A DNA stretch of 60,094 nt from a phage. The DNA lies in the sequence record PZ445424.1, one strand, 5' to 3'. A program made the translations under genes and the position numbers. Below, one piece after another: positions 46,028-55,150 of this stretch (position 1 is its first letter; each line of letters begins with the position of its first letter). Under the pieces are notes generated by a model that worked only from the letters and a program-made list of their open reading frames with translations, made no database searches and was not told the DNA's origin.

Positions 46028-48358
46028 GCTTAAGTCTTTGAAAACACTCTCAATTGACTCGTCTATATACCATCCCAACCCCCTGAAATTACGCTTTAAC
46101 GCATCCTCACGTGTGACTGGGACGAGTGCTCCCATATCTACAAGTTGTTTGATAGTGAGGTCTGTTGCAGTACCTGCTCCCATCCTGTGATTCTTGAATG
46201 CTGCCAAGCCGTAGGTTCTGCGTGTGATGGTTGCCTTCGGAATAATACCGTCAACGCGCAGCTCCTTACGATCACATGCAATTTTACCGCCAAGATAGTC
46301 TTTGCAGACCTGACAGATAGCCTTCACACGCGTTTCATCATCACCACCGATAGTACCTTTTTCCCATGCGTTGATCATAATGTCCTGCCCATGCGTAACA
46401 AAATCTACTGCCCATTGCATGTGATTAGGCTGAACGACAGGATTGATCCAGTTTTCCCCAACTGCTAGCAGGGATGCAAGACGCAGAGCTTTAAGGTGTG
46501 CACGGTTCCACGGCTGACGAATTGCTTCGTCTTTTGTTGCGTTAATGTGTTCATCGCACAACAAGTTAAACTCCCGTTCAATCCTTTCCGCTTCAGGGCT
46601 TAACTGGACGGTAACGGTCTGGAACTTTGCCATTGTCACTAACGTGTGGTTAACGAGATGGCAAACCATGTCCTTTAATTGTTGTGGCATTGTGATTTCA
46701 GGATTTTCGTTTGCAGGAACACGATCCCCTTCATATTGCACAATGTGGAAACGGGACAAGAAACCGTCTTCCATCATTTCACGGGTTAATGCTTCAAAGA
46801 AGGTGTCCGGTGTTGTTTCACCCAGTATGCTGAATGCCACCCCTTCCATTGTCTTGGTATTATTAGCCTTATCAGAATATCCGATACCGCCAACAACATC
46901 CATCGCACCAGATTTTTGATACACATCTGTAATAGTTTGCTTCAAGGTGTAGTTCGCAGTGCCAGGCTGAGCTGTCGCCATACCTTTGATGGTTTTACCG
47001 AACTCACCGTTAATATTCACAAACGAAGTGTGATCCGCAAAACTTTTACGCAAGGCAGGACCGGAAGCATAGTTAGTCATATCTACAAATTCATGCACTT
47101 GCGGTAATTGCTCGCCCACTTGCTTACAAATATAGCTGGGCCCAGCGTGAAGCATTTCTTTACCCACACCTGATCGGGCAATGAGCACAAAGTAACCGTT
47201 CAACCCTGTATTGGTGATAGTATTCCACACCTTACCGCACACTCCGGATAAGAATGCTAACGATGCGGTGATTGCAATTTCTTTCACCGGACGCTGCGAT
47301 GCCTTGTAGATATACTTCGCAAGCTCCCCAGCAAGCCCCGGCGGCCATTCAATAGCGGTTGCATCAATGGACGTACTTTCTGCAACTACTATTTCACCGG
47401 ACGGGCTAACTGTGGTCACAGGCATTTCCGTTACCTGCTGCATTGCACTGTGTGCGGCTTGCATACGGGCAGCGTAATCCCGCGCCAGCGCCGCTACGTT
47501 TTCCTGGGCAATGCGCTCACGCTCCATGCGACCGCGACACATGCGCAAACAACGGTCAATATGAACATTGTTCTTATTAGCCTTCTCACGTTTGCCCAGT
47601 GCACTGTAACGGAACAGACGGCGACATTGCTCATTACTTTCTGTGTAGAATGCATACATGGAAATAAGGGCAAGATCTGCTTCAGACTGGGAAGGGAATC
47701 CCATTTCAACCCATTCACCATTGAATAGGCGTGCATACTTATCCCCGTTGTCCGCTTCAAGCGCACGCTGATGAATGGTTGCATCGTCTTCTACCGGATC
47801 TTTTTCTACCAGTTCAATTTCATATGTCTTGCGTTGAAGATCAATTTCATTCACAAGCATAGTAAGATAATGATCACGTTCTGCAACTGGTTTGTTATAG
47901 ACAGGATTGCCCGTGCAGATAATAAAACGCTCCTGACTATAAACTTCGACACCATCACGACGGCGACCTTTACCGATATTTCCTCTTAACCACAGGTGGA
48001 CACCCAAGCCTGAGCGACTTACTTCGGTGTAAGTATCAAACGCAGTCATGATCTGTTCGAAGCGGCGCAACTGCTCCGGCGTCGTGTGCTTCTTAGGATC
48101 CGGTTCATTGGTTGCATTCTTCACATCCAGGTCGATGCAGGTGAACGGGTCTTGCGCAGTAAGCACAAAGCCAATATAAGGTTTATTGAAATGAGCAGCA
48201 CAACCTTTGGCAGCTTCAAACGTCATTAGCATATCCGGATCGGTAACATCCGCAGCCATCAGGCGCCCGATATCGTTATCCCACACAAGCGGCTTTTTAT
48301 CCGCATCGGCGACCGCCCATTGTGGGAAAGCTTTAATTTCAGCGGGAAACAATTCCAT
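46022..48358 (-). CDS. Replication protein with primase-polymerase (Prim-Pol) N-terminal domain
   Basis: 778 aa; Prim-Pol motif I CIDLDV and motif II SRSGLGVHLWLRG; central SQSEADLAL resembles primase C-terminal region; possible P-loop VLIARSGVGKE. Confidence 0.6.
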   Translation of the reverse strand: MELFPAEIKAFPQWAVADADKKPLVWDNDIGRLMAADVTDPDMLMTFEAAKGCAAHFNKPYIGFVLTAQDPFTCIDLDVKNATNEPDPKKHTTPEQLRRFEQIMTAFDTYTEVSRSGLGVHLWLRGNIGKGRRRDGVEVYSQERFIICTGNPVYNKPVAERDHYLTMLVNEIDLQRKTYEIELVEKDPVEDDATIHQRALEADNGDKYARLFNGEWVEMGFPSQSEADLALISMYAFYTESNEQCRRLFRYSALGKREKANKNNVHIDRCLRMCRGRMERERIAQENVAALARDYAARMQAAHSAMQQVTEMPVTTVSPSGEIVVAESTSIDATAIEWPPGLAGELAKYIYKASQRPVKEIAITASLAFLSGVCGKVWNTITNTGLNGYFVLIARSGVGKEMLHAGPSYICKQVGEQLPQVHEFVDMTNYASGPALRKSFADHTSFVNINGEFGKTIKGMATAQPGTANYTLKQTITDVYQKSGAMDVVGGIGYSDKANNTKTMEGVAFSILGETTPDTFFEALTREMMEDGFLSRFHIVQYEGDRVPANENPEITMPQQLKDMVCHLVNHTLVTMAKFQTVTVQLSPEAERIEREFNLLCDEHINATKDEAIRQPWNRAHLKALRLASLLAVGENWINPVVQPNHMQWAVDFVTHGQDIMINAWEKGTIGGDDETRVKAICQVCKDYLGGKIACDRKELRVDGIIPKATITRRTYGLAAFKNHRMGAGTATDLTIKQLVDMGALVPVTREDALKRNFRGLGWYIDESIESVFKDLSK

Positions 48359-48364
48359 ATTTAA

Positions 48365-48568
48365 TTAAGACCTCCGACGCTTATCGCCTTGCATCTTTTC
48401 CAGGACGGGTTCTGCTAATGAACGTTTATAGATGTACACGCTACCGATTTTAATAGCGCCGGGAATGCATTCGCGCATTCTGGAGAGCTTAAATTTTGAA
48501 ATACCGAACTGGTTTTCAATTTCGGTAGTTGTTATATAGTTGTGATTAAATTCTTCGACGTGGGTCAT
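48365..48568 (-). CDS. HTH DNA-binding protein (AlpA/excisionase-like)
   Basis: 67 aa; ITTTEIENQFGISKFKLSRM helix-turn-helix-like; basic C-terminus; directly upstream of the Prim-Pol gene, as in AlpA-primase pairs. Confidence 0.45.
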   Translation of the reverse strand: MTHVEEFNHNYITTTEIENQFGISKFKLSRMRECIPGAIKIGSVYIYKRSLAEPVLEKMQGDKRRRS

Positions 48569-48629
48569 AGCTCCTCCTTTGTCCGCACACTATACACAGA
48601 TAAGAGGAGCCATTGCAATGCGTTTTGCG

Positions 48630-49376
48630 TTACACGATATGGGGGCAATAATATTTATCCATAACAAACTGAAAAACTTCTTCAGGTGTACGGTCATTAC
48701 GAAGTTCAATCATATGATTGTCCAGCCATTGCAAACTCTCCTCAGCCTTATCTCTATTATTAAAGTGCAATAGCGCTGAAGGTGTATCGCCATGAGGTAT
48801 AACTTCAAGTCTAAATACACCTGTTTCCAGATGCGTTATGTTGCAAGTCGGCCAAACGCCGCGGTTTTCCCATACAGAAGGCGCATCCTCAAACCTGCAT
48901 GAGCTATACCATTTATTGCGAAGAGATGTGATCTCCTTACTTGTTAACGGGGCACCCTTAACCCTTTCATGCTCCTCCAGCCAGGCTTTAAATTTTGGGT
49001 TAGGTTTGCGCCCGGGCTTCCCGCCTTTCGCCTTTGCGCTTTCTTTAAACGCTTGCTCATATGGGTCTGAACCCTTGCCCATGTGGTAATTGAATTTTCC
49101 CGTATAGCTGCGAAGCTCTTTGGCATCCAACTCACGTCCCAACTTATCGCTCACCCATGCAAGGAAAGCCTCCCGCTCTGCATCCAGCTTACCCGCTTTC
49201 GGTCTTACAGATTTTTTAACTGGCTGCTCCACATCCTCGTTGAAGTAATCTTCCACCATAGCAAGCGCCTGTAATTTGGTTGGAGCACCACGCAACCGTG
49301 AGCACGCTTGCACAACCCAAGCCGCGAAGCACATATCCTTAACCACAGTGTTGGAGGTAATAATTTCTTCACTCAT
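48630..49376 (-). CDS. Hypothetical protein
   Basis: Start refined to ATG 49376 (RBS AGGTGG); 248 aa, basic central region; first gene downstream of the repeat-rich region. Confidence 0.45.
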   Translation of the reverse strand: MSEEIITSNTVVKDMCFAAWVVQACSRLRGAPTKLQALAMVEDYFNEDVEQPVKKSVRPKAGKLDAEREAFLAWVSDKLGRELDAKELRSYTGKFNYHMGKGSDPYEQAFKESAKAKGGKPGRKPNPKFKAWLEEHERVKGAPLTSKEITSLRNKWYSSCRFEDAPSVWENRGVWPTCNITHLETGVFRLEVIPHGDTPSALLHFNNRDKAEESLQWLDNHMIELRNDRTPEEVFQFVMDKYYCPHIV

Positions 49377-49476
49377 AATCCACCTGTACGCGTAGAAAGA
49401 AAGGTAATCATATAACAAAGTTTTTGTAATCGCAAAACCTTCGCAAAACTTTGTCTTTCCTGCATTATATTAAACG

Positions 49477-49706
49477 ATAGTGCTAGTGGCCAGCATAGTG
49501 GCATCACCGCTTATAGTGCGCCGTTACTGGCTTCACTATAGTGTGCCACTATACGCTCACTATACACTAATAACTAATTTTATTTTGTTTAGTGGTAATA
49601 AAGTTTTGGGTTTTTGGGGGAGACCCCTATATATCCCGGAAAAAACAAAGAAATAGTAGTAGTAGTGAAAAACATAGTGAAATGCCACTATCTCACTATC
49701 ACTACT
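49477..49706. repeat. Iteron-like cluster: at least 11 copies of hexamer ATAGTG/CACTAT including palindrome CACTATAGTG and (TAG)4
   Basis: Copies at 49477, 49495, 49513, 49534-49543 (palindrome), 49547, 49558, 49653-49667, 49674, 49686, 49694; followed by an AT-rich tract at 49740-49900. Confidence 0.6.
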
Positions 49707-50081
49707 AATTTAATGTGATTCATGGGGGTGTCTATGTACCAAAAACCTAAAACTTTCAGTCAACAGACTAAAAACGGATAGAAACTAAAAGTTAATAAGT
49801 AATACCATAAATATATATAAAATAAGGATTTATTAGTAATGTATATAGTACCTATTGGTATTATTTGAATGTTTTTGGGTCATTGTTAAAAAGTCCCAAA
49901 ACTCGCAAAACCTGAACGGATGCAGATCAAAAGTGAGAAGTCAAGTGCTTTTGAGGGAAATTTATTGAACTATTGTGATCGGAAGGTATATCAAGCTATA
50001 ATGCGCTTAATCGCGGGATATTGGAGGAGGACTTTATTGCGCGGTTAACCGGACCAGTAGGAGGGCTGGCCCGGAAGTAGT

Positions 50082-50408
50082 TTAGAGCTGTACAGGTGTG
50101 AAGTGGGTTAGCATATCGTCGGACATGATACCCGACAGTTTTTCGCTTACCCATTCGGACCAAATACTATCCGGTTCCTGGCGGTGCACAAACCAGATTT
50201 CGGATGTGCCTTCTTTGCGCATCGGTTGCACTTCTACAAGGAACTTGTCCTGCATAAGGCGGGTGAAGCATACGCTGGTCATTGGAACCGGCTTTTCGTC
50301 TTTATTGTAATAAGGAATTAATATTTTATTTCCGAAGTTGGCAACTTCATAAACTGTTCCTTTGCGAAGCCCTCTGATGTCTGTGTAAGAGAGGATAAAT
50401 GTTCTCAT
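50082..50408 (-). CDS. Hypothetical protein
   Basis: 108 aa ORF with GGAG RBS. Confidence 0.45.
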   Translation of the reverse strand: MRTFILSYTDIRGLRKGTVYEVANFGNKILIPYYNKDEKPVPMTSVCFTRLMQDKFLVEVQPMRKEGTSEIWFVHRQEPDSIWSEWVSEKLSGIMSDDMLTHFTPVQL

Positions 50409-50458
50409 GTTTACTCCTAGGGCTCCCGCAGAAGCCCGTTGGTTAATGTGGTTATAGA

Positions 50459-50941
50459 TTATGCGTCAAGTCCGTGGTTGGCGTGAAATTTGTAATGCTC
50501 TTCCGCTTGTTTACGGGCCTGTTTTGCGTCCTCTATAGTATCATATAAACCTAGATACTTTTTCAATCCGTTTATTTGAATGTAAGCCTGAAATTTACAT
50601 GCCTTTTTATTAAAGTAAACTCCTGTTACTCCGGTAGAGTTGTTTATTGCCCTGCTAAGATTTTTACTATTATCGCTTGGCAACACTAAGCGCAAATTCT
50701 CTATGCGGTCGTCCCATGTACAATGATTAATATGGTCTATTTGATGCCCTTCCGGTATCGGGCCTTTATGCAACTCCCATACTAACCTTGAACGACGATA
50801 TAGTTTTCCCTTGTATCCTATCAGGATGTATCCGCGCTTATTTGGTACACCAGCTTTACTACCGATAGAAATCTGTTTAGCTGGTTTTATTTTCCAAAAT
50901 AATTCTCCGTTTTGATAGCTGAAGATATTATTTAAGTCCAT
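50459..50941 (-). CDS. HNH homing endonuclease with AP2-type DNA-binding domain
   Basis: 160 aa; HNH motif EGHQIDHINH...NDRIENLRLV; AP2-like SGVTGVYFNKK...KYLGLYDTIEDA. Confidence 0.8.
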   Translation of the reverse strand: MDLNNIFSYQNGELFWKIKPAKQISIGSKAGVPNKRGYILIGYKGKLYRRSRLVWELHKGPIPEGHQIDHINHCTWDDRIENLRLVLPSDNSKNLSRAINNSTGVTGVYFNKKACKFQAYIQINGLKKYLGLYDTIEDAKQARKQAEEHYKFHANHGLDA

Positions 50942-51539
50942 GATAAGTTCTCCAAGCGTAGAACTGAATGGCGACCGTTGTCCCGTTGTAAGAAGGCATT
51001 GCAGCTTTCATTTCTTTCAGCTCCGGCGTGCGGCCCAGTTCGGCTAAAAGTTTGTCGCCCATTGCCCACACTTCGGCGGTTTTTCCTTTCAGAGGCTTGC
51101 GAGCGCCATTTTTGAAATCGCAGCGAGCAGCTTTTGCATCCTGTTTTGGCGCGGCAGCTTTTGGCTCTTCAATTTTGATTTCAGAAACCTGCGTGGCAGC
51201 TTTTGCATGTTTCATATCTTTCTCTTCCTCCTGCTCCAGAGCTTCGAGGCAGCTTTTGACAATTTCCGGATTTACCATCGGGCGCAGTACCGAGACGCTG
51301 GCAGCTGGCGCGGCGGTCGGTGCCGGAACTTTCTGCTCCGGCTGTTGCGCTTTTTTATGGTCGCGCAGCACCTGAAGCACTTCCTTCTCGACGATGTAAA
51401 AACCGATCTCGTCCTGATGGATTAGCTGTTCGTGTGCGTCGCGTGCAACCTGGCCCCAGCGGGTCTTCAGAGCGCGGCGTGCATTCGTTTTCATGGTGTA
51501 ACGCATTTTGTCCTGTTCGCGGTGAGTTACTTTAGACAT
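50928..51539 (-). CDS. Hypothetical protein (Ala/Pro/Lys-rich centre)
   Basis: ORF track 50928-51584 uses a GTG start; first ATG gives start ~51539. Local reading of the printed sequence showed a 1-nt inconsistency here, so the exact start is uncertain. Confidence 0.4.
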   Translation of the reverse strand: MSKVTHREQDKMRYTMKTNARRALKTRWGQVARDAHEQLIHQDEIGFYIVEKEVLQVLRDHKKAQQPEQKVPAPTAAPAASVSVLRPMVNPEIVKSCLEALEQEEEKDMKHAKAATQVSEIKIEEPKAAAPKQDAKAARCDFKNGARKPLKGKTAEVWAMGDKLLAELGRTPELKEMKAAMPSYNGTTVAIQFYAWRTYHGLK

Positions 51540-51612
51540 GGTATAGCTCCTTTCGTTAATATTAGTTTGCTTATTACTGCCCACCGTAATGATGAGCAGT
51601 GTATAAGAAAAC

Positions 51613-51861
51613 TTATTGCACGATTGCTACGAAATCGGCGGTTGCGATATCCATGCTTGCGAAAGCAACGATGCTATAGTCGGTGTCGTTGTCCGCGTTA
51701 AAAGCTTTGAGGAACTGCTGTACTGCTGCTTTATGGTTAAGAGTTACGTCGATAGCATAGTCCCAGCTATAGACTTTGCGCTTGCCAAAACCTTTAACTG
51801 CAATGCGAGCGCTTTTAGTGTTGGTTGGTGCCAAAAATTTGGTGACGATAGAAGTAGCCAT
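51613..51861 (-). CDS. Hypothetical protein
   Basis: 82 aa ORF. Confidence 0.4.
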   Translation of the reverse strand: MATSIVTKFLAPTNTKSARIAVKGFGKRKVYSWDYAIDVTLNHKAAVQQFLKAFNADNDTDYSIVAFASMDIATADFVAIVQ

Positions 51862-51929
51862 AATGTAATCCTCGTTTTGTTTAAGTTGACTTATTATTGC
51901 CCAGTCAGATCAACTAGGCAAGATATAAA

Positions 51930-52142
51930 TCACTTAATTTGTACCAAATCGTATTCTTTGTAAATTTCGCTAATGTACATATCGAACTGACCCATTAAGA
52001 AGATTTCGGCCTCCTCCCAGCTTGGGGCAGATACATAACCAGCTATTTTACCGGACGCGAGTTCCACTAATTTGAATTCCATGATGCAACCCTTAATGTG
52101 GTTAAGCAGTATTGCTTTGTTGAAGTAATAATAGCCTTGCAT
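51930..52142 (-). CDS. Hypothetical protein
   Basis: 70 aa ORF; first gene of the - strand block next to the divergent intergenic region. Confidence 0.4.
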   Translation of the reverse strand: MQGYYYFNKAILLNHIKGCIMEFKLVELASGKIAGYVSAPSWEEAEIFLMGQFDMYISEIYKEYDLVQIK

Positions 52143-52408
52143 CGTGATATTGAATAGGCCAAAAGTGCTATTTTAGATCTATTTCGTATCTATAGTTGCG
52201 CACATGCAGCTACGTAAAAATTTAGCGCGAACAATACTGCAGACAATATAGATTTTGTGTGCGTCTTCCATAGTGCAGATAACGTCTATTATGTTAAATA
52301 GCTAAGTTGTTGATTTATGGTATGCCCTGCAATGCATTGGATAGTTAAGTGGTCTAAGTTATTGTTTTAAAAGGAGTTAAAATTTTGCTGTCTGCCAGCT
52401 GTAAAACG

Positions 52409-52429
52409 TTATGTCATTTACTGACATAA
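52409..52429. promoter_or_regulatory. Perfect palindrome TTATGTCA-TTTAC-TGACATAA in divergent intergenic region (candidate operator)
   Basis: 8-bp arms, 5-nt spacer, within the ~600-bp non-coding region separating - and + strand blocks. Confidence 0.4.
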
Positions 52430-52759
52430 AATGTTGTCACCGAAATAGCACGTTTGGCCTAGACACAGATCAGGTCATGCGGTACTATATAGTCAAAGGA
52501 AAGGGAAGCAGAAGTTGCAAAGTACCAATCCCCGAGTAGTAAAGGTTAGGGAAAGCTGAATAGCTAAAGTACCTAACAGGTAGTCGGAAGGTGAATCGTC
52601 CGGATGAAAAAGGCCGGCAAGTGTTGAGACAAGGGCACGTTGAGTAACTCCCGAACAGGGGGTCTCCAAGACACCTTCTCCGGTCCTGCGGGATCCGGGA
52701 CTTTCCGGGACTACCAACCAAAGAAGCGACAAAATAGTAGACAAAGAGAGGTAGGTATC

Positions 52760-52903
52760 ATGACACGCAAATACACGCTTACACGCGCACAGCACGCGCT
52801 ATTATTGCAGGTCATGCGCATGGAGTACGAAGAGACTACATGGGCGCAGGCTATGCAGACAGGGCGTGAGTTCTACGCGCAACTAATAGCACAAAATGCC
52901 TAG
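52760..52903 (+). CDS. Hypothetical small protein
   Basis: Start refined to ATG 52760 (RBS GAGAGG); 47 aa. Confidence 0.35.
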   Translation: MTRKYTLTRAQHALLLQVMRMEYEETTWAQAMQTGREFYAQLIAQNA

Positions 52904-52961
52904 ACAACATGATCGGTCTGGTGGATACTACACACATCAACCAAACAACGGGGTAAACAAA

Positions 52962-53189
52962 ATGCGTAGTTTCAAATGTGTAAGCGTAAATGCTACTGGT
53001 AACGGTCTGTTCACAGCAGGTAATGTATATGACTTCAACATGGAAAGTTATAAAGACACAACGCTTACAGGTGTAATGTTCGGTGGCGCTCGTGTCGTTC
53101 GCTGCCATTTAAACAAGAACACGGAAAATGAATATACCCTTATCAGTCGCTACACGGGCGAGCCGTTAGCTGTGTTCCATGCAGCTTAA
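52962..53189 (+). CDS. Hypothetical protein
   Basis: Start taken at ATG 52962; 75 aa. Confidence 0.4.
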   Translation: MRSFKCVSVNATGNGLFTAGNVYDFNMESYKDTTLTGVMFGGARVVRCHLNKNTENEYTLISRYTGEPLAVFHAA

Positions 53190-53217
53190 GCTATAACGCA
53201 CACAGCGCCACGCTAGC

Positions 53218-53254
53218 GAGCTAATGCACATAGGCAATGGTAATGCATTAGCTC
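53218..53254. repeat. Perfect 11-bp inverted repeat GAGCTAATGCA / TGCATTAGCTC with 15-nt loop
   Basis: Read directly from sequence in the intergenic region upstream of the second HNH gene. Confidence 0.5.
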
Positions 53255-53265
53255 GGGCGAAACAG

Positions 53266-53318
53266 GCGCACAGCGTCGCGCACAGCTCGCACAGCGCACA
53301 CAGACCCACACAGGCCCA
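53266..53318. repeat. Imperfect tandem repeats of GCGCACAGC (about 5 copies)
   Basis: gcgcacagc gtc gcgcacagc tcgcacagc gcacacagac ccacacaggcc; an additional copy at 53197-53210. Confidence 0.5.
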
Positions 53319-53419
53319 GCCGTGCAACCCGACCCATCCTTTTCCAGGTACTTGGAGTGCTGGGGAGTGCCCTGTCCATCCTGATAGTAAGTCCTTGTCT
53401 AAATCTCACCTGTCACATA

Positions 53420-53432
53420 CCCCCCCCCCCCC
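53420..53432. repeat. Homopolymeric poly(C) tract, 13 nt
   Basis: 13 consecutive C in intergenic DNA about 100 nt upstream of the HNH endonuclease gene. Confidence 0.6.
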
Positions 53433-53530
53433 ACCTACCATAAAAAGTGACCCTTAGGAGTTTCACGCTTTCTATATACTGGGTTTAGTGCTAAAATATA
53501 GGTGATGTAAACTTGATCAGAGGCATTGAA

Positions 53531-54004
53531 ATGAACTGGAATAACATATTTGAATACAGGGATGGTGTTCTGTATTGGAAGGTGAGTAGACGATGTATAA
53601 ACGCAGGAGACAGAGCTGGATACGTTCAAGAGGACGGATACACGAGAATAGCATTTGAAGGCAAGCAATACCTGCGTCACCGAATAGTGTGGTTAATGCA
53701 CGGAAGAACTATTCCGGAAGGTATGGAAATTGACCACATTGACCATGACCGCCAAAATGACCGAATTGAAAATTTACGTTTAGTTACTGCTGTAGTAAAC
53801 TGTCAAAATAAAGGAAAATATATCAGTAACACAAGCGGCGTTACTGGTGTAAGCTGGGACAGAAAGAATTTAAAATGGTTTGTAACTATAAGAGTCAATA
53901 AAAAGAATGTATTTTTAGGTCGTTTTGACAAATTTGATGAAGCAGTTAAGGTACGAAAGGAAGCGGAATTGCTGTATAATTTCCACGAAAACCACGGTAA
54001 ATGA
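53531..54004 (+). CDS. HNH homing endonuclease with AP2-type domain (paralog of 50459-50941)
   Basis: Start refined to ATG 53531; motifs EGMEIDHIDH...NDRIENLRLV and SGVTGVSWDRK shared with the - strand paralog. Confidence 0.8.
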   Translation: MNWNNIFEYRDGVLYWKVSRRCINAGDRAGYVQEDGYTRIAFEGKQYLRHRIVWLMHGRTIPEGMEIDHIDHDRQNDRIENLRLVTAVVNCQNKGKYISNTSGVTGVSWDRKNLKWFVTIRVNKKNVFLGRFDKFDEAVKVRKEAELLYNFHENHGK

Positions 54005-54023
54005 TGGTTAAGCGGAGGAAATT

Positions 54024-54209
54024 GTGAGACTTGGACCTTATCTTGGTTTCTATGGTCGTGCTTTTTGGAATGATGAAACAAACAGGTTTGAAGGTTGGCT
54101 AATTACACCAGATCGTTTTACATTTCACAGTGTGAAAGAGAAGAACATCGTTCTTAATTTTCAAAAATGTGTCACTAAATATGTAGAGGAGCAAGAAGAA
54201 TGCGTGTAG
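54024..54209 (+). CDS. Hypothetical protein
   Basis: 61 aa ORF, non-ATG start in ORF track. Confidence 0.3.
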   Translation: MRLGPYLGFYGRAFWNDETNRFEGWLITPDRFTFHSVKEKNIVLNFQKCVTKYVEEQEECV

Positions 54210-54496
54210 AAGAAATTGTTGAAGGTAAAGAGTACCGTTTGCTAACCGATATCGGTGCTGTAGGCTATACTCCGGACGGTGCAGCTTGTTTTAATGTCTT
54301 ACCGCAAGCGGCAATTGTCACAGTTAATAAGGTTGTGACAAATTTATACACTACTTCGCCTGACGGCAATTGGCCACATGCTGTTATTGTCACCTTCGGT
54401 AAAGATGGTTATGTTGATCTTGAAGATGACGAAAATGACGCTTATGAAGTAAGTTATACCGGACTTGTAAGTCCTAATTTCCTGGAGGAAGTGTAA
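54200..54496 (+). CDS. Hypothetical acidic protein
   Basis: 98 aa ORF with RBS GGAGCAAG. Confidence 0.4.
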   Translation: MRVEEIVEGKEYRLLTDIGAVGYTPDGAACFNVLPQAAIVTVNKVVTNLYTTSPDGNWPHAVIVTFGKDGYVDLEDDENDAYEVSYTGLVSPNFLEEV

Positions 54497-54547
54497 TTAT
54501 CAATCTATAATGGGCTCTACGGAGCCCTTAATTATCTGGAGGTTGTT

Positions 54548-54847
54548 ATGCTGTATTTAGGAATGGACGAAACTGGACACGCAATTCCTTCTGTTAACAA
54601 AGAGACGCAAGTATTTACAGACTATTACGGGTCTGCTATCCCTGTAGAGCCCTGGGCTAACTTTATCGCTGTAGACGCAGACGGTAAAGTACATTGTTAT
54701 GACGCCAAACCTTCTTGCTATGAATCTGGTAAGCAATGGATGCTTGGCGTATACGGATCACATGTCCGCTACTGCGGTGAAGTTGACCTTGAAGGTATGG
54801 ACTGGCGCGATACGTTGAAGGAGATTACTACATATGTCCGCAGCTGA
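54548..54847 (+). CDS. Hypothetical protein (paralog of 32419-32676)
   Basis: 99 aa; shares C-terminal VDLEGMDWRDTLKE motif with the - strand ORF; RBS GGAGG. Confidence 0.45.
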   Translation: MLYLGMDETGHAIPSVNKETQVFTDYYGSAIPVEPWANFIAVDADGKVHCYDAKPSCYESGKQWMLGVYGSHVRYCGEVDLEGMDWRDTLKEITTYVRS

Positions 54848-54923
54848 AGTTACCACATTCATAATAGCTTTTGCGGTTGCTTTATTTCTTCTAGCTAAGT
54901 TAGATTTATTTATGGGGTGACTC

Positions 54924-55148
54924 ATGCGATTACTTATGGTTATTGGCGTTATAGTTGCCGCTTTCGTTGTATTTGAAATTGTAGACTCTAAAGAAATGGA
55001 GCGACAGAATTGCCAACGTACTGGTAACAGCCGGGATGATATCATTTGGCAATATATTTACGATGCAAAAGGTAACGTTATGTCAATGTATCCTCAGGTT
55101 ATTACTGAGTATGAATATAAATGTGATGACCGTAACAGGTGGAGATAA
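54924..55148 (+). CDS. Small membrane protein (1 TM)
   Basis: 74 aa; N-terminal hydrophobic helix LLMVIGVIVAAFVVF. Confidence 0.4.
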   Translation: MRLLMVIGVIVAAFVVFEIVDSKEMERQNCQRTGNSRDDIIWQYIYDAKGNVMSMYPQVITEYEYKCDDRNRWR

Positions 55149-55150
55149 TA

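Noticed and set aside
49534-49543. CACTATAG resembling the core of a T7-type promoter
   Set aside because: No single-subunit RNA polymerase gene is present in the window and the motif occurs in both orientations, so iteron or operator function is more likely.
49477-49706. CRISPR-like array
   Set aside because: Repeats are 6-10 bp, irregularly spaced and in both orientations; no 25-40 bp repeat-spacer periodicity and no cas genes.
22772-52142. Integrase, repressor or other lysogeny genes
   Set aside because: No tyrosine- or serine-recombinase motifs were recognised in any ORF; the only HTH protein is AlpA-like and sits beside the Prim-Pol gene, so there is no evidence for a temperate lifestyle.
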